A model generated the notes under the pieces. That model saw only the letters and a list, made by a program, of their open reading frames with translations, ran no database searches and was not told the origin of the DNA. A program made the translations under genes and the position numbers. Below are positions 38,818-47,400 of a DNA stretch of 64,000 bases, piece by piece; positions within the stretch are counted from its first letter, which is position 1, and the number at the start of each line of letters is the position of its first letter. The DNA comes from Alphaproteobacteria bacterium (lineage in GTDB: Bacteria > Pseudomonadota > Alphaproteobacteria > UBA9219), in NCBI GenBank assembly GCA_013286365.1, contig JABDFY010000005.1, positions 6,364-70,363 of the forward strand, in the 5' to 3' direction.

Positions 38818-39555
38818 TTAGTCTTGAGTGAGCTTAATTTCCACTTGTCGTGCAGCATCGAAGAAAGCTTTTTTAGCCTCTACGGAGAATGGGTTCTCGC
38901 GTTCTATGGCGCGGAACAATTCATCCGAGTCATAGCGAACCATTTCGACCATCTGCTGTAGAAGCTCATAAGTCTTCGTTCTGAATTGAAACGGCGGCAG
39001 ATCAAGTTCCACGATAACTTTGGATAAGAGATGGGTTAAGCCTTGAATGTAAGCCATTTCCTTGTCGTGGGATTCTGGTGTTGCTTGCATGACATGCAAG
39101 CCGAGCTTTTCACGGCAGAATTGCTCTACTTCCCTTACATAGTCACCCCGAACGGGGCATATAACAATGTTAAGTCCTGCAATGCTATCTTTGCCGCTTT
39201 GCGGGCCAAACAGAGGATGGGTGCCTACGATTTGAACAGTTGGTGGCAATAGCTCTTTCATCATTTCGACAGGTTTTATTTTTACGGAGGCAACATCGAC
39301 CACCACAGCATCACGCCTGACCATCGGCGCAATATCCGTCAACACTTTACGCAGGCGTTGCACTGGAACTGCCAGCATAATGATTTGACAACCGGCAGCC
39401 ATAGACAGATCGCCGACATGAGCGCCGTGTTCTTGGGCAATACGGTTCATGTCACGATGCGGATCGTGAAGCGCGAGGTCAAAATGCGGAGCCAAATGTT
39501 TGACCGCAAATTCACCAAACGCGCCGACACCAACAATGCCTAAAGAGGTTCTCAC
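38818..39555 (-). CDS. prephenate/arogenate dehydrogenase family NAD(P)-binding protein
   Basis: Rossmann start LGIVGVGAFG; PDH signature GTHPLFGP; 245 aa, with no ACT or chorismate mutase extension present. Confidence 0.6.
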   Translation of the reverse strand: MRTSLGIVGVGAFGEFAVKHLAPHFDLALHDPHRDMNRIAQEHGAHVGDLSMAAGCQIIMLAVPVQRLRKVLTDIAPMVRRDAVVVDVASVKIKPVEMMKELLPPTVQIVGTHPLFGPQSGKDSIAGLNIVICPVRGDYVREVEQFCREKLGLHVMQATPESHDKEMAYIQGLTHLLSKVIVELDLPPFQFRTKTYELLQQMVEMVRYDSDELFRAIERENPFSVEAKKAFFDAARQVEIKLTQD

Positions 39556-39602
39556 AACACGATACCTTAGTTCGTATTAGCTCTTGTTCAGCTAAGTATA
39601 GC

Positions 39603-39887
39603 TCACTTCTTTCGTTTGGCAGTTGGTTTTTGTTTATCAACAGGCAAAAGCGTTACGCCAACAGCTTTCAGCTCGTCTGTGGAAACAGATTTCAGCTCGA
39701 TGAAGTCTACTCCGTGACCGGCAAAGGCTTGTACGAGCTTTTCGATGCTTTTGGCGTGCGGCTTTTTAAAATAGCTGCATTCGATATTTTTTATAGTTTC
39801 AGGAGAAATATTGGCGACCTCGGCAAGCTCAAGCCTTGTCCAGTCTAGGAGTGCCCTTGCCGCTCTAAGTTGTTCGCTCGTTATCAT
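39603..39887 (-). CDS. XRE-family helix-turn-helix protein (short member of local paralog family)
   Basis: MITSEQLRAARALLDWTRLELAEVANISPETIKNIE is an HTH_3-like pattern; N-terminus shared with 51308-51967 and 52662-53357 products and with a remnant at 42686-42802. Confidence 0.55.
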   Translation of the reverse strand: MITSEQLRAARALLDWTRLELAEVANISPETIKNIECSYFKKPHAKSIEKLVQAFAGHGVDFIELKSVSTDELKAVGVTLLPVDKQKPTAKRKK

Positions 39888-39970
39888 GGCTGCAAATCCA
39901 AGCTAAAATAGATTGCTGACGGCTAAGTTCGTCCAGGAGCAGTTCTGTTAAGAAAAGCCCAGGCACTTTC
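39884..39970. repeat. 87-bp direct repeat copy A (3' end of HExxH paralog + intergenic + next start codon context)
   Basis: tcatggctgcaaatccaagctaAaataGattgcTgacggctaagttcgtccaggagcagttctgTtaagaaaagcccaggcactttc; 5 mismatches (uppercase) versus copy B at 41284-41370. Confidence 0.85.
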
Positions 39971-41287
39971 TCCGCAGCGTCTTCGGGCAATTTCAGGCGT
40001 TGCTGGCCCTGCAACAGCCGGAGAGGTTCTTGCAGATTTATCAGCGAATTTCATAGAAGCCCCGTCTGAAGCCGAATATAAAGTAGGCTGTGAAGACTTT
40101 AATAAAGAGGGACAAAAATATGCAGCCGCATCTTTTATAAGCTTTGCGTGATGGCGTACAAGTTCTGTGGTTAGACTGGAGTCTTCGATAATATCGCACA
40201 ATATTGGAAGAGCGATCGCCGGATTATCTCCCTGGGCTTTTCCTACCTCTCTATCAAGTTCGTCAAATAATGGTTTAAGAGAGGTTGGCGGAACATATAG
40301 TCTAGCAAACGTCTTATTTAAGATAGCCGTTTGTAATGCAACTGAGTCTTGTTCAATGGGAATTCCTAATAAACGTCCCTTAACACGCATGCGGATTTCA
40401 GTGTTAGTTAGGTAGTAACTTATGCTGCGCCTTTTTTCTCGTGATGAAAGACCTTGTAAATCAGGAATAAAGTTTATAAGTGGTAAGAAGGGACCAGATT
40501 GCATAACCGGATCAAAACATATTAAGTGTCCTGCTGACGGTTTTATAAAGCCGCTCAAATATCGTGATTTATGCAATACCGGAATTGCATCTCTAATATT
40601 GGCCGCTAGAGCCGGATTGGACTTTTCTACAAATGCTGCTTGAGATTCTATACACTCGTCCGCAAATGATTCTGCGTCATGTTCATATTGTCTGACAATG
40701 CTAGTGTTTACCTCATGTGATAGGCCTCGTCCTTGTAAGGAATGCCCCAGTTCATGAAAAAAAATGTAATGAGTTAGGATACCTTTCGGATATCTTTCTA
40801 AAAAATTCGTTGAACTGAACCCTAGACGATATGCCCATTGGTCAGATTCTGGCATTTGCTCATCAAATATAAAGAGGCATGATAGATATGGAAACATAGT
40901 TCCATTGAGTCTTCGAGGAAAAGGGCCTGGCAAAATTTTCTGGGCCGGTCGTCGAACAATTATATGTAAGTTTGGCCCTGGTTCGTTAAATGCCTCATTC
41001 TGCCAATACCCATTCCATGCTTTTGGTTCTTCTTTTAAAAATGCAGATGATATGTCTGGAAATAGACGCTCAATGGTTGCCCTGACAAACTTTCTTTGTA
41101 CATCCACTTCACTCCCTAAGACATCTACCAAATTTATAACTGCAATTTGTTGTTCCCATGCTTCACTCAATAATAATGAGAAGCTATCATTTGAAAATTC
41201 GTGTCTACGAAACACAAGATCTCTCGCATAATTACGCCACTGTCCAATAAGTGAAGGATCTTGTTTAAGTAGTACAACGTTATTCAT
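39923..41287 (-). CDS. HExxH-motif putative zinc metallopeptidase, paralog 1 (conserved C-terminal tail ...SAWAFLNRTAPGRT)
   Basis: 454 aa; FFHELGHSLQ HExxH motif; shares blocks AVINLxDV, PDxxW, E.xIRxR, YFCPSL and the terminal 15 aa with the two upstream paralogs; no N-terminal signal peptide. Confidence 0.5.
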   Translation of the reverse strand: MNNVVLLKQDPSLIGQWRNYARDLVFRRHEFSNDSFSLLLSEAWEQQIAVINLVDVLGSEVDVQRKFVRATIERLFPDISSAFLKEEPKAWNGYWQNEAFNEPGPNLHIIVRRPAQKILPGPFPRRLNGTMFPYLSCLFIFDEQMPESDQWAYRLGFSSTNFLERYPKGILTHYIFFHELGHSLQGRGLSHEVNTSIVRQYEHDAESFADECIESQAAFVEKSNPALAANIRDAIPVLHKSRYLSGFIKPSAGHLICFDPVMQSGPFLPLINFIPDLQGLSSREKRRSISYYLTNTEIRMRVKGRLLGIPIEQDSVALQTAILNKTFARLYVPPTSLKPLFDELDREVGKAQGDNPAIALPILCDIIEDSSLTTELVRHHAKLIKDAAAYFCPSLLKSSQPTLYSASDGASMKFADKSARTSPAVAGPATPEIARRRCGESAWAFLNRTAPGRT

Positions 41288-41370
41288 GGCTGCAAATCCA
41301 AGCTATAATAAATTGCCGACGGCTAAGTTCGTCCAGGAGCAGTTCTGCTAAGAAAAGCCCAGGCACTTTC
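41284..41370. repeat. 87-bp direct repeat copy B
   Basis: Near-identical to 39884-39970; a degenerate third copy lies around 42838-42900. Confidence 0.85.
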
Positions 41371-42600
41371 CCCTGGTTGTCTTGCTCCACTGGAAGCTGG
41401 TGCCGGTCTAGTCGCAATAGGAACGCGATCAAGCTTCGGAACATGTGCGAACAAGGATGGACAGAAATAAGAGGACGCATCAAGTAATATATCCGCATGA
41501 TGCCTTGTAAAGGGACAAGTAATTTCGCCAGAACCTATTAGTCCTGGAATTTCTGGTAGCAATTGAGTTCCTGCAGCATTGCTTGCGATCCTATTCCAAG
41601 TTTCTAAACAGGAAGATAATTCTGCTGTAAGGGTGCCTCCATCTACATGCCACGTTTTAAGAATTTGCTGAAGATTTGAGGAATTTAATTTTATTTGTTT
41701 TTTGTCATGGATAGCTGAAATGCGAACACGAATCTCCATTTCGGTAATCCAGCTAGCTAAAGCAAGCTTGCGTTCGAATGTTAAGTGCTTCATTTCGTCA
41801 ACAACTGGCGGGAATTGACCAGTTAAATTGCCGTAGTCAAAAATGGAGTGGTATTCTGGGTCATATCTCAAGAATCCCCTAAGTGTTCTAGCCCATTTAA
41901 AGGCTGTACAGACTTCTCGAATTGCCTTGGCTTCGAGTGGATTTACTGCATCAAGAATAAGCGCTTGATTACCCGCCTGTTCCAACGCAAATTGATCGGC
42001 ATCGCGTTCTGCAATCCAACGTCCTTGGGGGCCATACTGTTCTTGTTGTAATTGAATAAAATGTCCCAATTCATGGAGAAACATTAAATCTTTAACAGCT
42101 TTGCTCTTAGGAAAATTTTCAAGATTATTTCCCAAATCGGTAAAATATTTCCATTCCTGAGCTGGTGTCCAACGCCTATCAGGAGCAAGGAGCAAGCCCA
42201 TAATTATTAGTCGATCTCCCGACAGTCTCGGAGGAAAAACGCTATTTCGAAATAATTGGGGTTGAAGACTATGTGCTAAAACAATAGCTCCTGGGCCCAA
42301 AGGTTTGCGTTGCAGATTATTCCAATAATGGTGCCAGCCAGATTTAAGAGGTGCTACCTCTCGAGGAAACATCTGCTCATAAGATCGTCTTAAATAGCTT
42401 GTGTTTGCAGCAAACTGTTCATCAGACGGTAATTGTATATGTTCTGGGTTGGCTGAAGAGAATGGTACATCAGCTAAGTTTATTACAGCTATTCTCTGCC
42501 CCGTACTCTGAAAGAGTAAACGTGAGAAATCAGCAGCTGAAGCATCATTCCACCGAAAGAGTAATGATGTGGCCTCTCGTTGAGCTAGTATTTGGTTCAT
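41323..42600 (-). CDS. HExxH-motif putative zinc metallopeptidase, paralog 2 (C-terminal tail ...ESAWAFLSRTAPGRT)
   Basis: 425 aa; MFLHELGHFIQ; same conserved blocks as paralogs 1 and 3. Confidence 0.5.
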   Translation of the reverse strand: MNQILAQREATSLLFRWNDASAADFSRLLFQSTGQRIAVINLADVPFSSANPEHIQLPSDEQFAANTSYLRRSYEQMFPREVAPLKSGWHHYWNNLQRKPLGPGAIVLAHSLQPQLFRNSVFPPRLSGDRLIIMGLLLAPDRRWTPAQEWKYFTDLGNNLENFPKSKAVKDLMFLHELGHFIQLQQEQYGPQGRWIAERDADQFALEQAGNQALILDAVNPLEAKAIREVCTAFKWARTLRGFLRYDPEYHSIFDYGNLTGQFPPVVDEMKHLTFERKLALASWITEMEIRVRISAIHDKKQIKLNSSNLQQILKTWHVDGGTLTAELSSCLETWNRIASNAAGTQLLPEIPGLIGSGEITCPFTRHHADILLDASSYFCPSLFAHVPKLDRVPIATRPAPASSGARQPGESAWAFLSRTAPGRT

Positions 42601-42685
42601 GTTGTTCTTATTATCATCCTAATACTAGGCTGTAAATTTGGATATATGTTGGCCAATAGCTGTCTCATTCGGATTATTTTTCAAA

Positions 42686-42802
42686 TTAACCAAGAAATTT
42701 AACCAAATGAAGGGTGAAAGGTAACAAGAGTATATCTTGATTGTCAGGAGTTAGACCGTAACTTCCTACCCTTGCTGCTCTTAGTTGATCGCTTGTTATC
42801 AT
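42686..42802 (-). pseudogene. remnant of XRE-HTH gene start (MITSDQLRAAR...), degenerate
   Basis: Minus-strand ATG at 42800-42802 gives MITSDQLRAARVGSYGLTPDNQ..., matching MITSEQLRAARALLDW of 39603-39887 but decaying after 11 aa; the ORF-track ORF 42686-42958 is a chimera. Confidence 0.35.
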
Positions 42803-42839
42803 AATTACAAAAATCCAATATCTAAATAAATGTGAATGG

Positions 42840-44402
42840 CTAAGTTCTTCCCGGGGATGTTCGTCTAATAAAAGCCCACGCAGTTTCTTCGGGCAGCTTA
42901 TGTGGATTCTTATCAGCTTCTGGCCTCGCGGCTTCGGATGTCGGCGGGATAGCAGCATTTCCTACTGAAATACTTGCAGGCAAAGCTCTTCGGGCCAAAA
43001 GCTCTTTTGCCGTCGATTGAGCAACCTGCGCCGCCGCCGGAGATTTCGCTGCTGAATGGGCAGCTGCTGCAAGAAGTGCATTTATAAGTTGGTCTGCAGG
43101 AGATACGGGATTTGGGGCTAGATTTGTATGCGAAGATCGAACTATTCCCATATTTCGACCGTATGTAGAAAAGGGCACCATATCCAGTTGTGCATCAAGA
43201 GATCTGGGACAAAAATAGCCCGCTGCCCTGGCGACCAGGTTCGCACCTTCTTCAGTGATAGGGCAGGATATCCTTTGTTGCGATAGCAGTGCTTTTAATG
43301 CTGGCAATTTTTGTTGTGGCTTTACCAGCAAAGCCCACTGCGGCGACATCGCTGCATCAAAAAGCGCTCTGAGGTTTGGGGGAATTTTATCTTGTCTAAT
43401 GTTAGTCCATTGCTCACTTAGCCATAAACATCCGCATGACTTCATGTCCTCAGAATTTTGAATTATTTGAATATTAGCCAATAAAGCAATGCTGCGTGCG
43501 CGTAGTTCCAGATTAACAAGCCAATTTGTCATCGCTGATCTCTGTACACCGGACATCCGCGAATAGAGTTGGGTTAGGCCGCTAGGCACAAAGGATGATA
43601 TCAAATTATCGTCGTGGAAAATGACTGTGTCATGAAGCTGAGCGTCATGAAATCCAGAAAGGGTCCGCGCTTCTGGAACCTTTTGCAAAGTTTCATCCAC
43701 TAGCTTGGATTGATCAGGAGATATTGAGCTTATTAATTCTCTGCAATGACTAAGTGTTTCAGGGGCAAAAAAGTTAGCATCAATCTCTCCCAGCCAAGCC
43801 CTGGCATCACTTGCCATGGTCCTAGCCGTATGCGGTTCAGCAGTTTGAAGCGTTTCCGCCAGCTCATGGAAAAATGTGTGGTGTTTTATGCCGTTGCCTT
43901 TTGGGCAGTTTTCCAAAGTGTCAGGCGTCAAACCTGTTATATGACACCATAACTGTTCCCCAGACCAACGCCGGTCTGGAGTTAAAATCACAGAAAAAGT
44001 TGGGGCAAATTTTCCGGGCAACCTGTGCGCAAAGGACGTTTGCGGCACTTGTGCAAGAGGCTTATGGCCCATTCTAATATTCATCGGTTGTGGATTGAGG
44101 GCAGTCCTTGTCCACGTATCTTCCCATTCGGGTATGACTTTTGTTTCAACAGGGAAAATGCCTTCTGCGGCCTGTTTTACCCATGCGGCACGATGGGCAA
44201 ACTCTTCATGGGTATAAAATCTTCTGGTCCATGCCGGAGTACTATGCGGCAACTCCTGCAAATTAATAACCACTGTAGGGCGGCCTATGATTTTTGTTAC
44301 CAACCGCGAGAAATCAACATGCGGCATTGTTTCCCAGTTTAGCAACCCAGTGATTAATCGTTCTTTTCCGCTAAACTTGCGATTTTCTTCCTGCATTTGC
44401 AC
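42840..44402 (-). CDS. HExxH-like paralog 3 with degenerate motif (HELAE) and long Ala-rich insert; C-terminal tail ...ETAWAFIRRTSPGRT
   Basis: 520 aa; TFFHELAETLQ (second His replaced by Glu), possibly catalytically inactive; conserved blocks ILTPDRRW, YFCPRSL, terminal tail. Confidence 0.5.
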   Translation of the reverse strand: MQMQEENRKFSGKERLITGLLNWETMPHVDFSRLVTKIIGRPTVVINLQELPHSTPAWTRRFYTHEEFAHRAAWVKQAAEGIFPVETKVIPEWEDTWTRTALNPQPMNIRMGHKPLAQVPQTSFAHRLPGKFAPTFSVILTPDRRWSGEQLWCHITGLTPDTLENCPKGNGIKHHTFFHELAETLQTAEPHTARTMASDARAWLGEIDANFFAPETLSHCRELISSISPDQSKLVDETLQKVPEARTLSGFHDAQLHDTVIFHDDNLISSFVPSGLTQLYSRMSGVQRSAMTNWLVNLELRARSIALLANIQIIQNSEDMKSCGCLWLSEQWTNIRQDKIPPNLRALFDAAMSPQWALLVKPQQKLPALKALLSQQRISCPITEEGANLVARAAGYFCPRSLDAQLDMVPFSTYGRNMGIVRSSHTNLAPNPVSPADQLINALLAAAAHSAAKSPAAAQVAQSTAKELLARRALPASISVGNAAIPPTSEAARPEADKNPHKLPEETAWAFIRRTSPGRT

Positions 44403-44492
44403 CCCTAAAATTTTGCCCTACACAAATTTCAAATAACATTATTAAAAAATTAGCGTTCCAAATTCGAAGTCGTTTAATCCGCCAATACAGCC

Positions 44493-47400
44493 TCAACCAG
44501 GCGTCAAGGCGTGATAAACAACCTCAGTGCCACTATGTCCGTCGGAACTTAAACCGAAACTTCCCGGATATGAACCAGGTACTATGATTGTATCCGTGCC
44601 AGCAGAACTGTTATGCAAAGTGATTGTTCCCGCTGTGTCCGCAGCATTCTCTTTAAAATTGAACGCTGTAGAGAATAGCGGAAAGTTTTTGATATCAATA
44701 AGGCTGCCGGGCTTGGCAAGATTTTCAATAATAAGGTTAGCTACGTCGGATGTAACCTGGAAGGTCGTTGAGCCAATGGTCGAGCCAATCAAGGTGTCGC
44801 CGCTACTACCGTTGAGTGTCGTTCCTGCGTTAGCAGCTATGAGTGTTTGCTTGGGAGCATCGATGAAGGTTTTAAATCCACGTATCTGATCAATATAGGT
44901 TTTTCCGGCTTCTACATAAGTGGCCGTTCCGGCAACCGTATTAACGGTCACTGCAGCGGCCACTTTATTGAAGCTCAAGGTTGGATTATTAACCCCAGAT
45001 GAGACCAACTTAACTGAGACTTCGTTGGGGGCGAGTGTCGTCTGTTCGGTTACCGCTTGAGCCACAGCAGCCGGTTTAGGAGGATCAACCATGTATGTGC
45101 CGCTAACCCCATCAGAAGAGAGAACATAGCTTCCTGCTGTAAAATTGCCATTTATATAGAACGATGTGCTTTGCCCTACGGTGTTTGAAAGACTGAACAA
45201 AGTTTGATTACCGGCGACAAGACTGGCCGTAACTGTGGCCGTTGTCGGAGCAAAGTTGGTTATGTCAATGACATCACTGGTGGGCGTATAATTGTTAATT
45301 GTAATGGGAGAGAGTGCGCTATTGAATTGAAAGGTCGTATTGCCACCTACGTAGCCGTACATCGTCGTTGAACTTGCATCTGCAATCAGTGTTTGCCCGG
45401 GGGCTGTGGCTGTAATTACGGCACCTGGGGATGTTGATACCAGCAAATCACTGCTGTAAGTCACACTGGGGTTGGGCAATTCGATATTATTACCCGTACC
45501 CATGATTGAAAGCTGCACCCCAGTGCCGCCGCCTGGATCACCATTCCGTCCAATCGTATTATTGTTGCCTATAATCGTGAGGTTGACGCCTGTTCCGACA
45601 AGAACCAAGTTGTTTGATCCAACCAAGATATTATTTGCGTCCCCTGCAACAAAATTGATGGTCGAGTTTGATAAATTGACGATGTTGCCCTTACCGGCCA
45701 CCATCGGATAGTCACCGTTGCCGCCAGTTATCAGATTGTTTGGGCCAACTACGGTTGAGCTAACATTGGCACCAAATGTTATGTAATTGCCGCCCCCGTT
45801 AATCCATGCATTCTTGCTTCCAGCATTATAGGCTATGGTGGCGTTCGATTCTGAGGTTGTGATGTTGGGGCCGCTTGCCACTATCGTTGTTCCGCCACCA
45901 CCACTGGGATCGCCGTTTACCCCTATGGTAAAGCCGGTGCCATAGGCCGCTAAGTTGACGCCCGGACCAGTGAGTATTAGGTCACTGCCGCCATAAACGG
46001 TATCGAAGGCACTACCTCGAACAAAATTAAGGGCGCAGTTTGATAAATCGACAGTCGTATAGCTGCCATCGATGAGGATATTTGCGCCAACACCGCCACC
46101 CGGATCGCCATTACTCCCTACAGTATTATAGTTGCCGACAAGCGAGGCCCCTATGCCGGTACCTACAAGGAACAAATCGTTATTGCCGTAGATCATTTGG
46201 TTAAGCGACCCAGCAGGGCAATTGATGGTGGAATAATCAAGCGTAGCTGTGTCACCGTTGCCCGCTAGCATCAGAATATCGCTGTTTCCTGTTATCGTAT
46301 TATGCGAGAGACCTGTGGCCCAAACGATCACGCTAGAGCCATAACCAATACTGATCTTGTCGTTAGCCCCGTTGATAGTCTCGTTGACGACGCCAGGGGC
46401 AATTTCAAAATCTACATTGGATACTGTTGCTGTGTTTTCACTATCTTTCAGCATTATTTCGAGAGGTGAGACGACCTCTCCCTGCACGAATTTGGCGTAC
46501 TCTGTCATCTGCGCTGAGGTAAACACAACTGTGGGTGTTCCTGGGTCGGTTAGACTAACCGCAAGGGAAACACCTTCAGCCGCAAGCTTCTGATCGGTTG
46601 GAATGCCGCTTATCATGTTTGCCAAAGATTCGCTGATGCTTAAGTTATGCGGACCCGTCATTGTGACTTGATCAAGCCCTATGGCCTGAGCTTGGGATAA
46701 TGCATTCATAAATGTCGAAAGAGCGTTAGGATCGCTTGACGTCGTCACGGCAGCGAGATAGCCCAAGGGATCAGCGACATATTGACTATAGATAGAAGCC
46801 GCATCGACGTTCGTTATTAGATTGGCAAGCGAACCATCAAGGCTTTGGTTGAAGGCATACATAACAATGGGGTTGCCCCCAATGATTGTAATGTTTTGCA
46901 ACCAGTTCATTACGGCTGCATCGATGCAATCTGTTGCATTTGTAAAACCGGCATCTTGGGGCGGGGCATAACCTGGCGCTATATCTCCAGGTGCAAAAAA
47001 TAATTTGTCTTTGAAAACGCCAAACGAATAGACCGATGAAGGCCCCCAGCCTATTACTGTTCCACCGGTAGACTTAATGATGTCGTTAAACATAGTCGTA
47101 AAGTCGTTACCCATGTTTATGGCGGTCTGTAGATCACTATTGGGACCACCTACATTGCCGCCGTTGTCAAAAGTTTCTTTAAATTCAATTGATACGTTTT
47201 CGGCGTTAATACCAACTTGGGCTACGGCGTTTGGCCCAACCGTTGGTACACTGCCGCCGCCAATGAAATTTTCGAAGGCATTAAGAGCATCACCAGCCAA
47301 GGTTCCTATGGCCTCGCCTACTGCTGAAGCAATTGGCCCCCAGTATGACCCTATTGCCGCACCCAGAGATCCTCCGACTTCCGCTGCTGTGTTATTGCTT

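Noticed and set aside
42686-42958. ORF-track ORF as a genuine 90-aa gene
   Set aside because: It is a chimera of a decayed XRE-HTH start (MITSDQLRAAR...) read through into the 3' end of the upstream paralog in another frame; treated as pseudogene remnant.
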